Assembly (NCBI GenBank): GCA_964016885.1
Contig: OZ024740.1
Location: forward strand, 131,874,001 to 131,938,000
DNA: 64,000 nt
Source: Eledone cirrhosa
Taxonomy: Eukaryota
Direction of reading: 5' to 3'
Shown here: one piece after another, positions 54,493-64,000 of the stretch
How positions within the stretch are numbered: position 1 is the stretch's first letter
How the letters are laid out: each line of letters opens with the position of its first letter
The notes under the pieces: generated by a model
Told to the model about the DNA's origin: nothing
Databases searched by the model: none
Seen by the model: only the letters and a program-made list of their open reading frames with translations
Made by a program: the position numbers and the translations under genes

Positions 54493-55215
54493 ACTTGATA
54501 CATTAGTTAAATAATCCGCACATCACGAACGTCTACTCAATTCAATTAACTTATGACAGTTTGGAAATGGATGTAATGGTCAATTTTAAATTAAGCGCTG
54601 GCGTTTATATGCAGATAACCTGAGATAACTATGAACGTAAATACATTTTCAAATACTCTATTTACCGGGGAAAATAAGCATGGTATAAGTTTCTTGCTCC
54701 AAACTTTCCCTTATCTGTCAGAAACAGATGCAATAACCTAAGCTGAAAGCAAATAAGAACAGATATCATATCAAATTCCGTGACATTAAAAGAGCCAACG
54801 CATAATATAATGCGATAACTATTGTCTTTGCGGAGAGTAAGATCCTATTACCGCGCTTGACATTGAAATAGCGAGTAAAAATTGATTATACGTATTCTGA
54901 CCTCAGGTAATCTGGTGATGGGACATTTTCATTTTTTAAGTTATAAATGCAAATATGATTATATAACCTATTGCAGTTGAGATTTTATTTGACAATTGCA
55001 TAAAAAATGCCTCAGGACAATCAACAAACAATGAATAAGAATATATGTGAGGAAGCCTATTCGACTTTTAGAGAATGACTATCGTGAAAACATGTAGAAT
55101 CACATGTAGAAACGAGGAGTAAAAGGGCAAGCTATGTAGAAATCAGTTGATGAGTCCCTAATATGTTTCATCAGCATTCACACACACGCATCCACATGCA
55201 GACACAAACACACAT

Positions 55216-55741
55216 TCATTGGCCCACAGACTCCTTTCTGTCGAGTGATGCTTGTTATAACTGAAGCTGTTTATTTGGTTGTGGAGTTTAAGCTGGGGAA
55301 TATATTTAGACTCTTGCTCATTTTAATCGAGATATAGATGTCTAGGCTGCGATCAGTAAACTATAAACGTTTTCTGTTGTGAATATCAAGAATTGCATAG
55401 TATTTATGGTATGGTGTGGTGTCAACCCCTGTTTTATAAGAAAATATTACTTATTTTACAATTCCCTTGAATTCCATATTGATTGGGAGGTGTGGAGTGG
55501 CTGTTTGAGTCTTCGTTAAGAATCTGGATTTCAAATATAATTTTGCTGTACATTTCGAGTGCTTAGCGGACTTCTTAATATTAACGGTCAGTGTGCGCGC
55601 TAATTTTATACAAATTAGTACGTCGATTTCAGAAAACTACTAATACCGAATGAGTGTATAAGCCAATCAACTCCACAACCAAATAAACAACTTCAGTTAT
55701 GACAAGCATCGCTCGACAGAGAGGAGTCTGTGGGCCAATGA
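55216..55741. mobile_element. MITE-like element with ~74-bp terminal inverted repeats
   Basis: TCATTGGCCCACAGACTCCTTTCTGTCGAG...GTTGTGGAGTT (55216-55289) versus its reverse complement at 55670-55741; no clear TSD. Confidence 0.6.
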
Positions 55742-56348
55742 GCCTTCCGGTGGTGGGACAGAAATTGTGCGACTAAGGATGACGCAAGCAGCTATAAGGA
55801 TGACACAGGCGCTAATAATTTTGATCCCACCATTTATTGGGTAATAAACGCAACCTTCTATATATACAACATACAACAGACAACTAGCAACAATCATAAC
55901 AGAGTGACGCCACATCAGGCAATACGAGATATTGATCGCTAAGAGGCAATATTATATATTAATGTAAGGTGATTTATCGTTGGCGTACATATACATATAT
56001 AAGTGTAACAACCAACCCATTAAAGAAACGTCATTATATGCTCACATTCCTTTAAGCATATAAATATGCGTAACACAACCACCCTAGCTATGCAAGTGTG
56101 GGAGTGAAAGCGAAAGTATATCCGACATTAACCACTAAGTTATATAAAAAGATCAGCAAAATAATTTGAGTTAATAAGATCTTAGTTCAGTTAAATTGCT
56201 GGAAACCAAGCCTTGTAGGGACTTATTAAGCGTTAGACGAGATTAAATTCTTTAACCGTCAATATAATGTGCTTAAATTCTTCTTTAGACACAAGGAAGG
56301 AAATAACTGCTTAGTTAATGAAGTAAATAATATTATTTGAGTCTAGAC

Positions 56349-59288
56349 CAGGAGTCGGCAACCTTTTGGCGAGAGAGGGCCAAACAGCTATGCAGTGTCA
56401 TGGAGGAGGGCGATGTTATTAAATATATAAATACATTTTCTGGAGGTTTAAAGCAAAAGAAGGAATTTAATATAATTTTATTTTAACAAGGCCCCTTATT
56501 TTACTGAAGGAATAACAAAAAAAGAAGAAACAAACTACAATCACATTCAACAAATAAAAAGCAAATTGCTTATTTTACTGCAGGAATAACAGAAAAACAA
56601 CTACTATCACAATCAACAAAAAAAGCAAATTTCTTGCTACAAACGAAGTACAGTTAGAAATTGTAAATGATTTAATGAGACACTTGTTTCTGCTTATTGT
56701 GCTATAACTTCTCCACATCAGGAAAAATATTTGTCGATGACAGGAGCAAAACATCATCCAGGTGGTCGTCACGCAACCTTGTCCTTAAATGACCTTTAGT
56801 ATATTTCATTTTGGAAAAAAGCTGTTCACAAGCATATGTACTTCCAAACAATGATATCATCAGTTCGGCATTAGTCAAGATGTTTTTATATTTTCCACTT
56901 GGCAATATATATTTCTTGTAGAAGTCAGTAGTGGATTCGACTGAAATTTCGATTTCAAAGATTCGTCGCACTGTAAGTCAATTAACACCAACTGATATTT
57001 TTCTGCCACATCTGTTTCGTAAGGACTACCAAATAACTTAAATAGAGTTCCATATTGCCGGAAGTCAGGAAAACGAGAGGAAAACTCACTTCTCAAATAC
57101 TTAATAGAGCACACAAAGATGTATGGTATTATATCTCTCTTGTGATTTTGGAGACTTGGGAAATCAGAGTAGTTTCCTTTTTGAAGTTGTAATTCCCACA
57201 GTCAAAGTTTTCTCTCAAAAGCAGTAATTTGACCAAACATCTCAAATACAATCTTGTTCTTTCCTTGAAGCTCAAGATTCAAAATGTTCATGTGGGTTGT
57301 GATGTCCACTGAAAAAGCTAACTTGACAACCCACTGTGGATCCTGAAAGTAAGAATTATCTTGGTCTTTGCTCTCTAAAAACATAGAAATCTCTTCTCTC
57401 AATGCATATACTCGCTCTATCATTTTCTGCGGCTAAGCCATCGGACATTTGAAAAATATGTAAGGTCGCCATACTCTGCTTCAATTTGTTTTAGATATTC
57501 TTGAAACTGGCGGTGATTTAGTCCTCTTGACTAAACATTCACTGTTTTCACGACCACTGCCTCAAATTTCAGTGACTTTGCACATAATGCTTCTTGATGA
57601 ATATTGCAATGAAGTTTGATTAGTTGTTGATCAATACCGATGTGGTTTTTGACCAATGCAACAAACCCCTTTTTCTCTCCAACCATTGTTGGTGCTCCAT
57701 CTCTGATTACTCCAGAAAGCTTTGATAAATCCAGATTCATTTCGGCAATCCATTTTATTATGCTTTCCAAAATATCTGCTTCAGTGCTAGTGTCCTTCAT
57801 AGGAATCAATTGTGCAAATTCTTCCACGATATCAAATGTTGGTGTTACACCCCTCACAAACACTGCAAGTTGAAAAGTATCCTTCATATCTGTGGTTTCA
57901 TCGATAGCAATAGAATAGTACTCCAGATTATTTAAAATGCCCTCCAAGCCACTTCTGACATTTGCTGCGAGCTCTTCAATTCGCCTTGTTACTATTCTTG
58001 CCGATAAGCTGATCGCAGAAAATAATTCCCTTTTTTCTGGACAAACAATATCTGCTCCCTTCAACAATAATTCTTTGAAGAAATCTCCATCAGTACAAGG
58101 TTTCATCCTTTTTGCAATTAGTTTTCACACGTCGTAGCTAGCACGAGTGTTTTGGTCACTTTCTTCAACGTTTCTAGTGAAAAAGGATGATTGTTTTGTT
58201 ACATTATTTCTCAGCCGTGCGTCTTCGTTTACTCGTGCTTTTCCAGTAAAACTGTTGTAATGATTATGACGAGTTTAATAATGCCGTTCAATATTTGAAA
58301 CTTTCTTCACGGCAATGGTTTCTTGATGAATTAAGCAAACACATTTTCCGAAGTGCTCAATGAAAAAATAGCTAAGTGTCCAGCCATCGTTGAAAGTTCG
58401 GCACTCCAAATCCACTTTTCGGTTCTTAGCTTCCATGGACTTGTTTTTGTTCAAACAAAAAAGATTTATGGAAAGGAAAAAGCACAAAAGCTATAATAAT
58501 TAGAATGAAGAAATAAGAAACAATGAAAACAAATGTAAATGAAAATACAGTAATGCGATAAAATATGATAATTGTGAATAATTGTGAATAAATTATATAA
58601 AACCAGATCAGTGTTGCCATTTGTTGTTTTAAACCACGTTTGGCCTAATTCTAATAATAATAATTCACACAATTTATCACAAATAATTAAATAAACATTA
58701 TTATCGAATAAGGATACCTACTGTATAGTTCTTATACCACCAGACAACAAACTCAAATGAAAATAATCTGGGGAGGAGGGAACGAAGTAATTTTTCCAAG
58801 GACAACTTTACCTTGTGCCGGGGGAGGGGGGCAGGTAAGGATAAGCAAATGAAGACGACAATAATTCACGAGTGATTTTATTGAATGACAATATGGGTAT
58901 AAAAGCGAGTCATGCGAAACGTAAGGTAGTATACCTTCCAGTCGCTGACGAAAAATGCATAATTCCAGCCAACATTTGTGTTAGTTGACTGGAACAAAAA
59001 CGCATACAAGAAATCACAAGAAATAATAATACAGCTGATATAATGCTTGGCGGAAAGCGCAGAAAAAGAGATGGATAAGAGGAAATAATAATAAATGGAA
59101 AATATAATAAGGTTACAAAGATATCTGTAAATATTTACGGTATGAGCAGCGATTTGTGATGGGCATCAGGTCGGCACAAACTTGAAGTGAACTACTTAGA
59201 TAATTAGTGTCCAGTGTAAGATGGCGGGCCGGACAAAAATCACTCGAGGGCCGGATGTGGCCCGCGGGCCGGGGTTTGCCGACCCCTA
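56349..59288 (-). mobile_element. hAT DNA transposon (Charlie/Buster/SPIN-like), full length, decayed
   Basis: TIRs CAGGAGTCGGCAACC (56349-56363) and GTTTGCCGACCCCTA (59274-59288); 8-bp TSD GTCTAGAC/CTCTAGAC; transposase motifs DETTD, DGAPTMVG, HCNIHQEAL, VRWLS, FGSTYACEQLFS. Confidence 0.92.
56672..58436 (-). pseudogene. hAT transposase, GTF2IRD2/SPIN-like, disrupted
   Basis: Collinear ORF pieces from MEAKNRKVD (58436) to KQVSH-stop (56672). Confidence 0.88.
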
Positions 59289-59776
59289 CTCTAGACCATG
59301 CAAACTGTATATATTGAAAGTAATTAAAACACACAACAAGCAATAATCGATACCACTAATCAAACCTCCATCAACGCAAATAATATAGTGCCTTTCCCAG
59401 TACAGGCATAGGCAGTTGCCTATCGCTGCTTCTGCTGGAATCCACTAAACGGTACTAAAGTCATAGTTGAACTTTCAAAATATTTATTTATTATACATAC
59501 CGTATATCATTAGATATACACAATTCTATTATATATATGTATACAGCTATGCTGGAGCTATATCTTAATTGTAATTTTAAGTTGGCCCTACTTTTACCGA
59601 TTCATATGCAAGTGCGGCTAATTAGCCCACGTACAAATGCGAAAATACAACATTTTTTCGCATGTTTTCAAGTTTCAGCAGAACGTATGGAAGCACTATT
59701 TACTTAACATAACGTATATCTTTAGATATACGGAATTCACATACATATGTATATATAAAGCTATGCAGAAGATTCA

Positions 59777-59883
<107 letters not shown>

Positions 59884-59945
59884 GAATAAATTCACTCTAA
59901 ATCCTTTCTTTCAAATCATATAAAGAACATTTGCAATTATAGCGG

Positions 59946-61230
59946 GGAAGGGGTTTCAAAATGTTCGTGAAGAGAGAACAGTTGGAAAAAAAAGTTATTA
60001 TGTTTAGTTGTCAACATTTTGCTCCATCTAATTTAATACACTTTTGCAAGCGTTGATACCAGCCTTTAAGTCCATCCGTGTAAAACTGGTGGCCATGCGA
60101 TTTAAACCATTTCAAAGGAGTATTTTGTTATTTTTTTATATCTTCAACTGATGGAAAATGGATACTTTTCAATGATTTTTTTCAGGTTTGGAAACGAAAA
60201 GAAGTCGCATAGGGCTGCAATCGGAATGTTAAGTGGGTTTCGGATGATTTCCTATCAGAATTCGCGTAATACAGCTCGTGTCTGCCAAGCGCCGTGTAGG
60301 GGCAGATTCTCGCATGGGAAAAGGACGACCGTTGGAGCTTCCCCAGGCTTTTCTTGATGTTCTTGGCTCGTTTTCTTAAAACGCCTTCATAATATGCAGT
60401 TTTAATTGTTCTCTTTTTCTCGAGAGATAGCAACCAGAGAAATCCTCTCTGCTCCCCAGAAGACAGTGACCATGACACACTTGAACGCACCGATTTACCC
60501 TTGACTGCCTAACTTACTCATGTGGGCAGCCACTGCTTTGATTAAGTTTTGTCCTCTGGATCATACAGGTAGAGACATATTTCATCCCTGGTAACAATCC
60601 TTTGGAGAAAAGATTCAGGGTCCTCATCCCACTCGTTCCAATTTCAATCGAAATATCTGACCTTTTTAGCTGCAGTTCCAAGCGCAACAGCTTTCGAATC
60701 CATTGAGTGGAAAGCTTGCTCAGCCCCAAATTCTGCACCAGAAGTGTGTGTGAAAAACCCAAGGAGATATTGTGTGCGTCGGCTCCTGATTCAATGATTA
60801 TTTGCCTATCATTTTGAATATGGTTGTGAACAGCATCCATGTTTGCCACACAGACTGGCGTGGATGGCCTTCCACTGCGTGGATCACATTCAGCCTCATC
60901 TCTCCACTTCTAAAATGTCATGTCCATGTGTATGTTTTTGGTTTCTTTAGGGCATTGTCCCATGAAATTGATCCAGAGTGTCAATGATTTGGCTGCTCTT
61001 CCGATCTAGCTTCACCATGAATTTGAGTTTTGTTCTGGCCTCAATATTGATGGAGGCCATGTTGCTTGAGTTTTTGCTGACATCTGACTGGCGGCAGTAT
61101 GCATTTAACTGTTCATGTTAGAACATGTGATGGGAAGTTAGGACGAGAACCTAAAGATTCATTGAGATGAATATCCCTGCATTTGACTTTTGCTATGTAA
61201 CTTTTCCACGAAATTTCTGAAAGCCCCTCG
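59946..61230 (-). mobile_element. Mariner transposon, ~1.29 kb, decayed
   Basis: Imperfect ~29-bp TIRs (right end ...GAAAGCCCCTCG|TA). Minus strand gives QWIRKLL (WVP motif), IVTRDEICLYLYDPEDK (first catalytic D) and HPLNIPIAALCDFFSFPNLK (YSPDLAP region). Confidence 0.82.
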
Positions 61231-62199
61231 TATGGACAGCTAATTCCTTTGTATGGATAGCCTGTCATTTTACCGACTCCTAAGCGATGTCTCTGATTAA
61301 ATGACCAGTCTAGTATAAGGCTATTTGTTAATAGTCTGGAACTAGCTACCTAAACGACAGGAGCTCAGCCCTCCGACACCGATTCTTTTTAATGTATATA
61401 TATATACGTATATGTGTGTGTTGGTTCGCGAGCGCGCGCGCATGTGTGGGTATGTGTGTGTGTGTGTGTCTTTGTTTGTGTATGTGTATGCGTTTTTTTT
61501 ATTGTTTCTAAGTGTGTGCGTGCATATGTCTCTGTAAGTGTGTATATATATATATCTAAACAGCATAACTCTGTATCTATTAAGAAAGTCATTATAACTC
61601 CGGATGTCAGAGATGCTGTGATTGGTCAGTTTAATCCTACAAACCCACCGTTATCATTATAGAATAATTGCGATATAACATTTTTAAATGAACATAAAAT
61701 ATATTTATTCTGTCCATATTTAATTTCGGAAGACATTTTTCTGTTACAGAACCGGTTGCAAGCGGGTGAAAGCGATACAGCCAACAGATAGGATGCTTAG
61801 TTGTGACATAACGGGGCGCTGTCGGATGAATATTCAACCTTCCATCAAAAGCGGTAAAAGTGTAGGACAGATGGAACAATAATTGACTGATGTAGCTGCC
61901 AAGAAAACACTTACAATCAAGTGGTGTAGCTATAACGAAGCGAGTAAAAGCCGGCCCATAAAACCTCGCCTTTGGCGATTTGAGAACCTATAAGGGACTA
62001 GTACGAATAAGACCAATAGTGAGAGGTACGAGAAAGAACTATACCACATCGCGTGGGTTAACAAGAGAGGTAGAGTGAACTTAGGTAGAGTGAATTGTTG
62101 AAAAAGTATATTGCAGTCTCCATTTCCACAAAAAATGGCGACGAGTCTTTGTCCTGGGAGGTGTGGGTTGGACGCACAACAATTGCTTATCCTGACACG

Positions 62200-64000
62200 A
62201 CAAATAGTGTTCAGATTGGAGCATGCTCTTACCATTGCAACCTGGAACATCAGAGCTTTGGCTGAAAGATAGATCGCTGTGGGTGGTGCAAAAAAGGAGA
62301 CAGAAAACAGACCCTTCTTTAATGAATTCACTGCAGCATGAGATATAGTTAAGACTGAGTGATATATCCTGATCTGATACTTCAATGCACATGTTTCAAT
62401 GATTACACGACATGAAAAGGAGAGATTGTTTGAAATAGCGCGCCCGATCTAAATACGAATATAGAGGACATTTTACACGACTGTTCTAGCAATGGACTCT
62501 CTATTGAAAAACTTCCTTCCAGCAAAGAGACATTAAATAAACATGGCATAATGATAATCAGGGCCAGCGATCTAGAATTGATTTTATTATTGTCTCTTAT
62601 TTCTTCGATTCTGGGATTGATGTTCGAGAAGGGGTGAACTGTCAAGTGAACACCAGCTATACATCTGCGGCTTGAGACTACCTAAACCAAAGAAGCTCAT
62701 ATATGTGGCATGTCCAGTGCGACCTGCAGAATAAAGTGGAAGAGTTAATTTATAAAGAAGTCAGAAGCAGGTATGCAGATATTATTGGATCCAAATTCAT
62801 AGACTCCATGACAAACTGAGGACGTTCCACATTTCTTGATTCAGCTGTTAAATGCTGCCGGTAGAAGAGGCTTGGTGGAACGCTGCATTCCAGGTGGAAC
62901 CCTTGCTTCAATCAAGTGGTCAATGATGCCAACCAAGCAAAGAAGGAGGCCTGCAAACCCTTGGCTTGGAAATAAGATCACCTTCCTGAACTTACAGTAC
63001 GAGCAGGCACGAAATATTGCAGCAAAGACTTCAGATGAGTAATTAAAGTTTTGCGGCAGACCGTCAAGGTAATTCGTAATAAAAATCCCCCGTCTACACC
63101 TGTTATAATAAATGCGCCTGGGGTTCTCCTCAATCAGAAAGGTGAATCCTCGCGTAATGGAGGGAACATTGCTGACCTCCCAACCCTATCACAATAGGAT
63201 CTTCTGGTGTACAAGTGGTGCAATGGGAGCGATGACTAATATTTCAGAGGCTGTGATCACACCATCCGTTACAGAACTCAAATATAGCAATACCTTTGGG
63301 AAAGATGAAATCCCGTCCGAGATGTAAAGTGCCTTAAATGAAGAACGTATTCTCTGGCTGACTCAAGTGCTCCGGAGGCCAGGCTCTCTGTAAAGGCACA
63401 CAAACCATCCAAATATACATAAAAAGAGTGATCCAATTACACAAAGATCTTCTTGTTAGCTTATTCACCAAAGTCTATGCTATAGAAAGTCTAGGCTAAG
63501 AGATGTACCGAGATTATCGCCTCCAAGTTAACTTATTAATAGATGATTTTATTCACTCTGCGGCAGATCTTCGAGAAATCATGGTCTTGTCAAGAGGTAT
63601 ATTCCTGATTTATACATCTCAAAAAGTCATATGACTGCTTTTCTCGGGACCTGTTGTGGAAGGTTCTGCAGCTGTATGGATATATATGTTTACTTTCTTG
63701 GTACTCAGATGTCTCCATACAAATTCCCAAGTAGTTGTGTTAGGATAAATGGTGCTAAATTCAAACCATTTAATGTGGGATTTAGCCTCTACGAGGGGTG
63801 CGTGCTGTCACGTCACCAATTCTGAAATTTCCTGAACATGATTTACATGCGCTTCCGGGTTGGAAGATTTATTTGGAGACGACAAGGTGTTACTTAACTC
63901 CAGAGAAGTTGATCTTCGACTTGCACTTGATAGGTTTGGTGCCGAGAGCAGCATGGTGGCAATGAAAAATCATTGCTGCGAAAGCTGAGAATCTTTCTCT
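62200..64000 (+). mobile_element. Decayed RTE-clade LINE running off the window end
   Basis: TIATWNIRAL (endonuclease start), FNAHV, GKDEIPSEM, CVRINGAKFKPFNVG..GCVLS and LALDRF. Confidence 0.72.

Overview
This is eukaryotic, AT-rich, microsatellite-dense DNA made almost entirely of transposable elements. It is probably cephalopod/octopus, inferred from the SINE family and the R4/Dong and Penelope load. No host gene could be supported. Contents: an internally deleted Tx1/L1-type LINE (1-3750, minus); four R4/Dong retrotransposons stacked in (TAA)n (3.9-13.65 kb); three Penelope-like element (PLE) families; tRNA-headed SINEs; a Helitron; a 5'-inverted RTE-type insertion; a full-length decayed hAT; a mariner; and old LINE remnants. 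The main signal lies outside the ORF track. Between 15 and 45 kb I folded by eye about 19 type I hammerhead ribozyme (HHR) motifs, intact, variant or partial, from about 11 unrelated sequence contexts. Most have short palindromic stem III sequences. Some sit in PLE terminal repeats. Others sit in small non-coding units inserted in (TA)n with a fold-back 5' end, including a 436-bp tandem dimer that looks like a non-LTR retrozyme. Recurrent non-canonical features are a U10.1-U11.1 closure in three families and U4 substitutions in five. All folds and alignments were read manually; none was computed or tested.
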